Below the pieces are notes generated by a model. That model worked only from the letters and a program-made list of their open reading frames with translations, made no database searches and was not told the DNA's origin. A DNA stretch of 64,000 nt from Zygnema circumcarinatum SAG 698-1b (taxonomy: Eukaryota; Plantae; Zygnematophyceae), in contig CM074813.1 in assembly GCA_037447605.1 (NCBI GenBank), forward strand, positions 1,550,001-1,614,000. Reading direction: 5' to 3'. The translations under genes and the position numbers were made by a program. Position 1 is the first letter of the stretch. Every line of letters starts with the position of its first letter. Below, one piece after another: positions 16,801 through 28,192 of the stretch.

Positions 16801-19632
16801 TCAGTACTTTCTCATTCCTCTATCCCCTTACCGGCAGCTCACCAGAACGATCAGTTAATGGCAGGACAACCTGAAGGTTTCTCTAGCGCGTCAGAAATTC
16901 CCATTAGGGGGCGAACTTGCGTGGAACCTCCAGAAGCTGTGAAGCTCTCAGCCCCAGCACCTAGCAGCTCCTTTGCTGAAACGATAGCCGACATTTCAAA
17001 CTCGCGAAATATAAGTCGTGAAGTCTTGCCACAAAGATATACTGTAGGGAACCTGTCCCGATATCCGGCTAATGAGGAATATTGGTTTCAGAATCAGTCC
17101 CATTCAAGAGGGGGGTCGTTCCACTGTAATGAAAACACCTGTGGAAGATTAACAGATTTCCAGTCAACTATTAACCAATCGAGGCAGCAACTGGAAAGGT
17201 TCTGCAGAGGTCCGTATCGCGGGTCTATGGAAGCTGAGCTACCCAGCCATAATGGACGACCGGGCATAGACAGCACCAGTTTCGGTTTCCAGAACAGAAT
17301 AGATGATTATGGGGACGACCACAAAACCTCTTTAGGTTACACTGAGATTCCTGGAGAATTTGCCGTTTTAGGGTCATGTGCAGCAGCTCCATTGGAGAGG
17401 AGGTGCCGAAGTATTGAAAGTGACGATACTCAACTTCAGTCACGGTCAGATTGTGTCAGTTCATCATCACGGGCAGAAAGAAGTTTGACGTGTCCTTCCC
17501 CACCTTTGTCCACTCTAAGGTCTGCAAGTGCTGCCCTTCAAGAAAGCAGCATTCCCAAGCCGAGAGCTAGAGTCCGGCAAGAAAATCGCTCTTTGGCAGT
17601 CAGCTGCAGAATGTGCGGCGCAAAGCTCCTTCATCAGACTGAAGACAGTGTTAAGGTGGAAGGTGCAATTCACGAAATGTCCCTCAAAAAGCAGTATTTA
17701 TATGATTTACGGAAGCAGAGGAGAGCCATTCTGGGTGATGAATCCGCAATAATGCAGGCAAGTGATGTATATGTCTTGGAACCAAAATTATTTCAACCGT
17801 CAGAGGGATTCTCAGGTTGGACTTCTCTAAACACAGTTAAAAGTGAAGGGGACGAAGTTTGGGTGAAGGAAGACGGATGTGTATATTCACCAATCAAGTG
17901 CTCCTTCTGCCAGAGATCGAACAGTTGGGTTGGGGCTCATGTCTTAGCTTCAGACGGAGCCAACTCCTTTCTTACCACTATGGTGGGTACTTCAATCTGT
18001 CGACCTACCGATTTATTGAGGATGAGGCACTGAATTAGTTAGGATCAATGGATCAGATTGTGACCATAGATCTGGAATGCAACCAAAAGTAGCAGCAAAA
18101 ATGGCAGCCAACGAAATAGCATTTGCAGCGTAAATGAATAGCAATGGCTAGAATCGCACTTCCTCTTTAGCTTACTTACTAGTCTCGTCATTCGTTTTTG
18201 GGGTTTTGGCTGAATATATATGCAGGTGATCCTGCTGAAGGAGTGTATTTTGATGGAAGCGGCGGGAACCACAAGGAACCTTTGTCAAAGATCTGTCGAT
18301 GTATGTCATCATCCACTCGAACTCAAATAATTTGTATGTCGTCAGGGCCATGTATCAAAGATGACAGTGCCAATTCAAAAGGAACTGTGTTAAGAAGTCG
18401 GATAGTTTCACTATTTTTTTGTTGCAGTTGAATTCTGCTTGCGCACTTTTATGCCATGCACGCTCACTAAGTGTGTCAGGGTCTGTCATTTTGTAACATA
18501 ACAAACAAGAGCACATGCTGCCTTCCTTCACTCTCCCATACTTCATTTTTTCTCTCCGAACCTCCGTTTCTTTCCCCGTCACCTTTTCTCTCCTCACCCT
18601 CCCACAAGAACGGCACACATCTTGGCTGCAAGAAATAGTCTGACTTGTTTGTACCCTCTTCAGGATGGGAAAAGAAAAACTCGGCGGACATTCCAAGCAC
18701 CACCCATCCCACCGCTCCCTTTCCAGGCAACCTCTTTTGCTGAAAAACGTCAGGATTTAGAAGCGCATTTGGGGGCACCACACCAGGATATGAAAATAAA
18801 GCTCCAGGTTGATGGTAGTCGCCAAGTCCTACTTCCGGATCAGCATGATGGAGGGATAAAAAGGCTCCGGCCAATGGTTTACCCCGTTGCCTGTCCGCCA
18901 GAGAATACCGTTCAGCATCGCCCTACGACCCCTAATATACAGCACAGCTTTATGGCACCTCAATATTCAGCTTCATGTACGGCAGAAGCTTCACCAGGTC
19001 AGCCGTCTGGCACTGATATACCGAGTCCGAGAAAAGGTAACCTTTCCAAGTTACCTGCATCTCCTGTCAAAGGAATGGACACATTCTTATCACTGAAGGG
19101 TGACTTGGAATCTCCGAGACTAATACCGGACCTTCGCCAAGGGGTCCAGGAGGAAAAGACAGCATCTTCCTTGTTGCCTTCAGCTACTGACAGGCATCTG
19201 AGCCACAAGGGCAGCGTTCCAAGCTCCAGTTCTGTTTCAGCACATCCTGCACTGCTTGCATCACCACCTTCCTGTGATGATGCAGTTAAACTTCAGGACA
19301 CCCGGGATGGAGGCAGTCGGAGTGCAAAGGAAGTCAAGGAGGGGAATGGAGAAATTCATGACCGCGGCAGAACGAAGAAGGGAAATGGCCGCATTCGGAA
19401 TGGCAAAGAATCGAAGGTTGGAAATGGGAGAACATCGAAAGCTCTTTTCCTAACGCGGTTAGAAGAAAAGCCCAAGACAGTGCCGGGGACGAAGGAGAGC
19501 AAAGAGACCGAGAGGACTGCAACAAATTCGTCAAATGAGAAGCCGAAGATTGTCTCAGCACGGCAGCGCTATGCAGTATTGAAGCGGAAGCATGTGGAGG
19601 TCAGCAATCAGGATCAAGCCTATGTAACCTAA
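7802..19632 (+). CDS. FANCJ: FANCJ/BRIP1-like DEAH Fe-S DNA helicase, multi-exon, with a long C-terminal extension
   Basis: Motifs [23 protein letters not shown], four Fe-S Cys (YC, EEC, GC, GC), [70 protein letters not shown]. The exon at ~16360-17981 carries a plant FANCJ-type C-terminal Cys domain (Cxx[15 protein letters not shown]). The last exon 18664-19632 and the C-terminal splicing are less certain. Confidence 0.88.
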
Positions 19633-20145
19633 AAACCTGAAAAGGGAAGTGAGTCCTAAATTCCCGCAAGTTAGTTCACCAATGGTCCATGAGATGCCTT
19701 TGCCTCCTTTCTGATTGAGACACAAGTTCTTCGTTCACCATTAGTTTGTTAATGTGTGCATATACATCAACAGGGCATTCTAAAACCTTAAAGTGAGAGA
19801 GAACTCGGGAGTGACGTGTGTTGCAGGATCCTGACGTGAGCAGCTGTGTTTGCTGCTTCCGCTCGTCCTTGCAGGTCGTGAATGAACTGTCATCAGATTG
19901 GTGAAGTGCTGCAAGAGATTGCCATCTGTAAAGGAAAGGGAAAGGAAGAGGCTCCGAAATTTAGGAGACTTCTACTTTATGCCTTCACGGTCAGATGCAC
20001 ATTGAGCAACTTGCCTTTGTGCTACTGAAATGTGAATGCGAGCTCACATCATGCTTTCTGGTTTGGCCCTTCTCCCCAAACTTAACATCATTTCAATTTG
20101 GATGGTACTTGGAGCTCCTTCAGTAAATCCTCGTCAGGTGTCAAT

Positions 20146-20760
20146 TAGGGGGTATCAAACTTGCACAGGTCGGACCATTGGATCAGCCATTGGAATGGTT
20201 CCGAACCATTGATTCGCGACCTAACAAATAATTGTCGATGGTTGCAATCGTTGATTGACGACCCAGCCAGCCACTGCCAAAGGTCGGCAACCATTGAATC
20301 AACCAATGGATTCAATGGTTGCCAACCATAGGAATGGTTGCGAACCATTGATTCGTGACACAAGCAACCATTGATTCACAACCCGACCAACCACTGGATT
20401 CGATGGTTGCCAGCCATTGCCAATGGTAGGAGCTATTCGTTAGGGAGTTTCGTACCTTTAGTTGACTTGATTTGGTCGCAAATGTTAATGGTTCCCAACC
20501 AGTGACATCTTGCACAAATTGAACTGTTGGGTCGACAACCATTGGCCAACCATTGGATGGCAGTGGTTGGCCGTATATCCAATGGTTGCGAACCATTGGC
20601 AACCATTGGCAATTGTTGATTCCGCCCTATCGTACGGCAATGGCTGACAACCATTGGCTGCCAATGGTTGGTCGGACCATTGGCATCGTGCACAGGTCGG
20701 ACTTTGTCGTCGGCAACATTAGCCAACCAGTGGCCGGCAATAGTTGATACCATCGGCCGT
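20146..20760. repeat. Degenerate array of CCATTG/CAATGG motifs in both orientations, possibly a decayed MITE
   Basis: About 20 motif copies in two sub-blocks, each starting with TTAGGG. TGCACAGGTCGGAC occurs twice (~20162, ~20689). There is a weak 8-bp inverted pair, GGTATCAA (20151) and TTGATACC (20744). Confidence 0.6.
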
Positions 20761-22074
20761 ACCGGCCGTACGGTGGAACAGCTTGTTCCGATCGCCGGTT
20801 GTCGGTTCACGCGCCGCCCAACCTCGTCACATCCCTTTAAGACCAGTCTGTGCACACACCGATTGTCTGCTCAGCCCCGGTCACACTCCAATTATGTTTG
20901 TACCGTCCTGTACGGCCCACTCCTTGCATCTCAAATTTCCGATCTTCAAACATTCTACGCGACACAATGGAGATGGGAAAAATGACATTGACCTCACGAT
21001 AGCCATGCCACCAAATGTACACGGTCAAATTCAACATCGGGAACCACAAGGAACCAACCGGTCACAAAGGACCTAAAGACAAAATGAAAAAACAGTGGAC
21101 ACAAGTCGCACAACACGACACAATGTCACAATGTGAAGGCTTGAAACCCCCGCCCTTCCCACCCCCCCCCGGTTGTCACGATCAGTTTGTCCTCGTACTG
21201 ACCCTCCCTGACCGACGGCCGATCACGCACCGTTCGCTTATTGCCGAAACGCGCGGTCGGCCTCCTCCGCCGTCCGCGTACCGCAGCGGTCGCCCTCGCG
21301 CGCCCGCATTCGCCGAAAGGGAGGCGCGGCCGGGCGGGTACCGGCCTCGCTCGCTCGCCATTCGCCACCCGCCATTCATTCGCGGGCGGCCCCGCGGCCC
21401 CCCGGGAGGGGGGGCGGGTACCCGTCGCGCTCGCCAGGCCGTCGGGGCCGTACGCGGTGGATCCACCGCACACGGGGACAAATCGGCACATGATTTCCAA
21501 TGTCGCCACATGGAAAGGCGCCGCGCGTTGCGGCCCTAACCCTGCAACCGTCCGCAAATCCGAGTCCACTTCAGGAAAGGTCAACCTCGTCACCAAGTTG
21601 AATGAAAGTTGAATAAGGTTGAACCATGACGACGCGTCCTGACTAGGTCGGTTTGAGACGAGAAAAGTTCCCCAAAAGCGTTTCAAATGTTCAAAAGGGC
21701 GAGCTTTAGCGTGACCAGGGCCCTGCTATATGGCCGCTGTTACAGTTCAACAAGAATTTTACCAGTCGAAAGCTGCTGTTCTGTGTATCGTACAGTAATC
21801 GTACACTTATGTACGGTAAATTGTACTTTCTGTGGTTCTGGCGTTCCGTCCGCCACGTCGCCCTCACACGTCCCGTCAGATCCCTCCGTCCCTCCCTCCC
21901 TCCGCCTTGCTCTCCCCTCTCCACTTTATAGAGCCCCTTCCTCCTTCCAGCTCCCTGCCTGCTCTCTGTGTCGTCCTATAAACTCTTTCCTCTCTACCTC
22001 ACTGTTAGAAGGGTTGAGGGAAGGCCGTTTGGACTGTGTGTTGTAGCTGGTTGGTCTCGCGTGGAGCGAGCGCC

Positions 22075-24844
22075 ATGGCGTCAGCATGTCTGCAAGCGGG
22101 GAATGTGCAGATGACAACTTTTGGTGGACGGTCGTGCAGTCAGCAGAAAGCCGCTATTAGGACGTGTCAACGGAGCGCAGCGTCAAGCAGAAGCAACTTA
22201 AGCTTTTCTCAGACTCAATTTATCTCATCTTGCAATTCGTTGTCACTCCAACCTTCTTCTGCCTTGTCTTGCAAGGGGCGAAGGAATGTGGCAGTGAAGT
22301 GTAGCGTTTCAGCCGAGAGACCGACCTCCCAGCCCCGATTCATTCAACACAAGCAAGAAGCGTTCTGGTTCTACCGTTTTTTGTCAATCGTTTACGACCA
22401 CGTTATCAATCCTGGACACTGGACAGAAGATATGAGGGAAGATGCGCTTGAGCCGGCTGACTTGAATGATCCAAATTTGGTTGTTGTTGACGTCGGAGGA
22501 GGCACTGGCTTCACAACGCTTGGCATTGTAAAGACTATCAATCCAAAAAATGTCACCATTTTGGATCAATCGCCACACCAATTGGCGAAGGCGAAGGAAA
22601 AGGCGCCTCTTAAAGAGTGCACAATCGTCGAGGGAGATGCGGAAGACTTGTCATTTCCAACAGATTATGCTGATCGTTATGTTTCCGCTGGAAGGTAGGG
22701 CAGAATCTGATGCGCTTCGCGTCGCTAACCTTGTTTTATTTTTACATTGTTTGGGAATGTTTCTTTTGATCATCGTTCGAAGTGACTCTGTGGTGGCATT
22801 CTGAAACGTTTCCTTTGGAGTGGAGAGAAAAAATGTTTTGTTTTGTTTTTTGTATAAATATCTTTGTGAGTATGTGGAACCTCGCATCTTCATCTCTCGA
22901 ATCTTTTTGAAGAATAGCTTTGCAAATACTGTTTAGTTATCTTTGAAAACGCTGTCTAGTCGTCTTTTGATTTGTTTTGGCATCATTCCCGTCCCCTGCC
23001 TCTCTTTTCCATAGACTTTGGAGTCTGTCTGATTTAGCATCTTTCACCTGTTTCTTTGTTTGGCTAATTAGTCGTATTCAGAGAAGAGGCAGCTGGCATA
23101 GTGAACTCTTGGTTAACTTTTAGCTGAAAGGCCTAAACCCTCGCCTGTCCACAGCTTTTTTATTTAAATCCTCAAGGTGTCTATCTCAAACCGGAGCTGT
23201 CTAGAAGGCTTGCAGAGGGCTGTGTATGAAAGTTAATTGAATTGCATCTTGCTTTAAGGAGGCGGTCAGTGGCAGTGCTTGGCATCATTATCCACGATAT
23301 TTCTGTAAGGTGCCATCGCTGTGGTAGAGTAGATGTTTTGGCTCAATTGATTACAACAGGAAAGCCTTCCTTATTTCCCCACCATTAGCGCTCTCTTGTT
23401 AGTGGCCTGAAGAATTGTTCTTTGCAGCAATTTGGAATTCTAACATGTAATGTTCATCCACAGCACACAGGCTTCTACACTTACTTGCTGACCTGTGGCG
23501 GTTGTTTGATATGCAGCATAGAGTACTGGCCGGATCCTCAGCGCGGCATCCGGGAGGCATACCGAGTTCTGAAAAGTGGTGGAAAGGCATGTCTGATTGG
23601 TCCTGTACATCCCACTTTCTGGCTTTCCCGGTTCTTTGCTGACGTATGGATGCTGTTCCCAACAGAGAAAGAGTATATTGACTGGTTTACAAAAGCTGGC
23701 TTCACGGATGTGAAGCTTAAAAGGATTGGCCCCAAATGGTACCGTGGAGACAGGAGGCACGGCCTCATTATGGGTTGCTCAGTCACAGGCATTAAACCTG
23801 CTGCTGGGGACTCCCCTCTGGAGGTATGTTCGCATGTCAAGTGGCCCTTCGCACCCACAATTCTCTCTAGACTTGAATTTGAAACTTTAGCCCTTCAATT
23901 TGCACTAAGTTCCTCATCGCCTTCTAGCTGTTATGAAAACTGCACAGGGGTTGACCATTCGTTGGAAGGGGTATTTGGATAATGCAACATGTTAAGCAGA
24001 CGCGTCCTAAAGCGCTTGGCGGGCTAGGAGGGCTAATAATCAGTATGCTAGAGAGCAGAATCTGCCTTGTGCCTTCTTGGTCAAAAGCGCACAAAAGCAA
24101 TGGAAGCTGATAAGTTCTGTTCTCAATTTAGTAGAGTAATACTCTTGTTTCCGGCATGATAATTAGTTCTTAGGAGGTACAGTGCTGTTGATTATTCTTC
24201 TATTACACCTTGTGCAATAGTCAAAACGATCTCCCTAACGATCTCCCTAACGATCTCCCTACTAGAACTCACAAAGCTGTTGTTCTGTCAAGACCGTCGT
24301 CGTGATTCTCGTCATAACACTTAGCTTTGCGAAACTCATCGACCTGTCCCTCCCTTTGTCTCCTCTTTGTCTTCTTCGTGTTCAAATTTCCTCCTTCCTG
24401 TCCATCTGTTCTCTGGGTGGTATTCTGACTCCTACCAAGCAAGTCAAACTAGGAGCTTCACAGCTAGGTCTTGTTATTTGGCTGAAGTATTTGAGTCTTT
24501 ATTGTCACAAGACGTTTTATGTAGTTTTCCTCGTGCCGAAGTTTTGTGTCAATCCTGACTTGTGTTGGAAGGTGTCTATTGTTGAATAATGGACCTCCTC
24601 TGACGTCCTCCCGTTCTTCCGCATCCAATCCACCACTCCCCTCCCACGCACTCACGTGTCTGTATGCGCATGTTTCCAGCTTGGCCCGAAAGCAGAAGAT
24701 GTGAGGGGACCATTCAACCCCGTCTCCTTCTTGTACCGATTCTTTATGGGGACCATCGCTTCCTTGTACTATGTTATTATCCCTGTCTTCATGTGGATCA
24801 AGGATCAACTCTACCCCAAAAATGTGAAGTTCGTTGAGGACTAA
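22075..24844 (+). CDS. VTE3: MPBQ/MSBQ methyltransferase (tocopherol and plastoquinone synthesis), plastid-targeted; 3 exons (22075-22694, 23517-23823, 24680-24844)
   Basis: Ser-rich transit peptide, then RFIQHKQEAFWFYRFLSIVYDHVINPGHWTEDMR, the SAM motif VVDVGGGTGF, SAGSIEYWPDPQRGI and WYRGDRRHGLIMGCSV. Confidence 0.96.
24225..24260 (+). repeat. Three perfect copies of AACGATCTCCCT in VTE3 intron 2
   Basis: Read directly from the sequence. Confidence 0.85.
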
Positions 24845-25514
24845 ATATGAGAGCTTTCAGGCCTTATATAAGACTTCAACATCATCTGATTTCTCTGTGT
24901 TATCGTTTCCTCTCGTTTGAATCTTAGCTAGGAATCAACCCCTGTTCCAACTTGACCTGGATGGATTGGCTGGATAGTGGCAGCAGTAGTTCCAACAGTT
25001 TGTAGGAGGTCTTGGAAGCTGGTGGATGACAGATGACAGAGGTGGATGGTTGAGATTCAGAAAGGAGTGTAAGGTGAGGTGGGTCTGTGCGACATGTGTA
25101 GCTAAATGTGTCGCGTGATCAAAGTTTTGCGTAGCAGAAGCCAACAGTGTTCTTAGTGGAGGCTATTGTTGAAATGTAGAATTTTTGTTCTCTTATTTGT
25201 TTGGCGTATTTTGGGGCTCCCTTGGATATATATCATCATGTTAGACAACGTGTTATCCTGTGAATGTCAAGTTTGACAAAACTCGCTTCATTCGCACAGC
25301 CTTGAGGCAGCATATACATCAGAAACATGTGAAAAAGTCATGTCAGCTTTAAATCGTTGGCTCGCTCCCATAGTACAATCGTCTGGGAAATTAGTCTGGA
25401 AAAAACACAGAATCTCAAATAGCACAGATTGTGAAGGATGTCTCACTATATACTGCTCAAAAGAAGCTGCCGTAAAATTCTTTCCCGCAAAAACAGAATA
25501 ATAACTAACTAATC

Positions 25515-26318
25515 TTACTCATACTTTGATGACCTTTCTCTCTGCTGTGAGTCGAGAAGAGCAGATGCAAACTTGTACATAAATAGAAAAGCTAAATCGC
25601 AACCCAAAAACACCGAAATTACAGCTAAAAAATGGGGACCCAAAATCAAGCACGTCAGTTTGTCGAAACCTGCCATACCAAAACCTCCCAGCGCGCAAGC
25701 TATGCACAATACCAGCCATTTCTTGCTATCCTGGAGCACTCGTACATTCAGTCGACCAAGAACTAGAACATCCCCATGCTTCAAGTCTTTGCATCCATAA
25801 AGCAAAACTACCATAAACAGGCCACTTAATACTACAGGAAGAAGGTAAAGCTGTTCTTGAATTAAAGGATGGCCGAACCTGGCGAGCAAAGCCACTAGCA
25901 AGAATAATGCATGTAAACGTCTCCTGCCATTCCGTTCGTTATCCTTCCACCACGAGACATGTGAAAGAAGCGCGATACTGATAGATATTGATGAGCAGGA
26001 GGTCGACACGATGTCCATCATCCGAAACATATAGAGAGGAGAAATGCAGTGGTAAAGAAGGCCGGCCATGCACATGAGTGCATACCACAAAAATGCATAG
26101 GCCCAGGAGAATGCCCCTGCGGGAGGACTGGGCCCGCTCAGCGCTTTCCGGAAGAGCTTGAAGCTGCAGAGTACTCCGAGAGTGATGCCTCCAATGCAGA
26201 GGGGAACAAGAGCAGGCCACTTGAGACGTGTATGCGAGTCAGAAAAAATCTGCGCAGCCAGCATATAGGACAGCATTCCTTCAAAAAAGCTGCTAAGAAA
26301 CAATGGCATTCTCTCCAT
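25515..26318 (-). CDS. Intronless multi-pass membrane protein (about 7-8 hydrophobic segments), function unknown
   Basis: 267-codon ORF from the ATG at 26318 (MERMPLF), with regularly spaced hydrophobic helices and polar residues inside them (AGLLYH, MMD, PHF, GCD). Confidence 0.7.
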   Translation of the reverse strand: MERMPLFLSSFFEGMLSYMLAAQIFSDSHTRLKWPALVPLCIGGITLGVLCSFKLFRKALSGPSPPAGAFSWAYAFLWYALMCMAGLLYHCISPLYMFRMMDIVSTSCSSISISIALLSHVSWWKDNERNGRRRLHALFLLVALLARFGHPLIQEQLYLLPVVLSGLFMVVLLYGCKDLKHGDVLVLGRLNVRVLQDSKKWLVLCIACALGGFGMAGFDKLTCLILGPHFLAVISVFLGCDLAFLFMYKFASALLDSQQRERSSKYE

Positions 26319-26824
26319 TCCTGATCGAAAACAAGGCAAGCAGTGTACTCTGCTTCTCCGCCACCCAGTTGCTTAAAGGAATGAGCGTTAAATTGAGATA
26401 GAAGGACAACAAAAGAAATTCCGTGTGAATGCGTGAGGAAATTTTTACCTTAAAGTCAATGTAGGGCGTACTGCATGTCCCGTTTAAGAGAGAGACAGCC
26501 ACGTGCCAGAAATGCGGAGCCCTCTCTCTCAGAAGACTAGACGTTCCGGGGAAAAAATCTTCAACCAGAGTAAGCGACATCAGGAATGACCTTGAAAAAA
26601 AAATCTTTGAAACTTAATTAAATAGAAGTAAAAAACATAAATGCAAACAGCCGCTGTCACATTCCTCGAGGTCTGGCCATGGCTGCCTCCGCACCAACTC
26701 CCGAAACTGTACTTTTCGATAGTGTATTGAATAACGTATCGTATCGACTAATGTATATTCAGGGATTATCGGGATATGATATGTATTGAGAATATTGAGT
26801 ACCGTATCGGAGACGGAGAGTAGG

Positions 26825-26833
26825 TTAGGGTTT
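26825..26833 (-). promoter_or_regulatory. Telo-box (AAACCCTAA) in the ~700-bp divergent promoter, about 190 bp upstream of the LLP-like gene
   Basis: Exact match. Telo-boxes are known upstream of plant translation and ribosome-biogenesis genes. Function here is untested. Confidence 0.35.
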
Positions 26834-27020
26834 GAAGCCTTCAAAGCAGCAGCCAAACCTTTCCGCTCTCTCGCACTTCCTCTCCAAATCGCCTGAACTT
26901 TTTTCTTCTTCTGGTGCGCGACTGACCTCGCTATCAATAGGATATCGAGCAGTGTTTCTTTTTCTGTTTGGAATATCCTGCGCCGCTGATTGAGAGGAAA
27001 CGCTTTCCTGAAGGTGAATT

Positions 27021-28192
27021 ATGGGAAAGTCCATTCGTTCCAAGAAGAAGAAGCGTTTGCGGACCCTGAGGCGTGAGCTGGTAGAAGATCACTATCAGAA
27101 GAAAGAGGATGTTTGTCAAGCGGTCCTTGCAGAAGCAGCTGCGGCTCCTCCTGCAGAAATCCTTCTTTCCTCGTCGGGAAAAGAGCCTGAAGGTGAGCAG
27201 CCTTTCACCTTGTGCAGTGTTTGAAGCTTTGATGCTTGTTCTTCTGAATTCGCTCGCACATATTCACTCTGTTGCGACAACAAACAGAGCTCAATCCCTT
27301 CTTGTGTTTTTTTTTGTTGCTATAACTGCTCATGGGCGTATCACTCTATCAGTTTAATTATGAGTGTGAATTCTTGATGCCACTAACATGTGAAACATCC
27401 CACAAGTTGACTAAAAAGCTACCCTGTCGATGGATCATAGCATTCGGCACAAACAATTGAGTTGTAATTCGATTCCGAAAATTGATTGTTTGCTGGTCCA
27501 TGAGAGCTGTGCCTGGGATTCTTAAAACACCATTTACCGACTTTTCCACGTTTTCGGTATATTTGTGCACCGTCCAGCCTTTGTTGGAATAAACTGTTAG
27601 CCAGATAACGGGCAGCAAGATTTTGTTGACGAAAGGAAGCCGACTAAGAGCATTTCACATGACGTTCTAATTTGTAGCTCGTTCATTTCAGCAGAGAGAC
27701 AAATCATGTCCAATGAAGTCTGACGAGTAATGTGTGCCAGGACCACACTGCTTGCTTGACTTTTCACGTAAGCATAGATATTGATAGCAGGTTGTGTGCA
27801 GTTTCCGTAGCATAGCTCAAAATCTGGACGTCCTGCTTTTCTGCAAGGTCGTCACTCGCGCAAGTTGAGAGCCTGATTGTGTGGCATTCAGTCTGTAGGC
27901 TTGCTTTCAGAATGCAGTTTAGCAAACAGTTGTGGCATTGTAAAGTGAATCGTTCCAGTCGTAAAAAGTCCTCTTTGTTCCTAACGCATGATTGTGCTGT
28001 CCCACAGAAATGGATTCCGAGGAGCGCGGCAGAACAGGGAATCCCTCGTCTGACACAATCATGCGGGATAGTCCTCTTGCTAGAAAGGGAGCAGGTGATG
28101 CATTGAAAGTGAAGGGTGGGATTGGGAAGAAGAAAAAAATAAGCAAGAGGCTAGAAAAGAAGTTGAAGAAGAAGGCAGATTTTCCTGTGTAG
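27021..28192 (+). CDS. LLP/LAPS18-like small basic protein; 2 exons (27021-27192, 28008-28192)
   Basis: The N-terminus MGKSIRSKKKKRLRTLRRELVE resembles the LLP-family signature and the C-terminus is Lys-rich. The phase-1 GT-AG splice joins in frame. Confidence 0.65.

Noticed and set aside
21015-21686. Several 110-190 codon ORFs on both strands
   Set aside because: Expected in very GC-rich sequence, with no domain signal.
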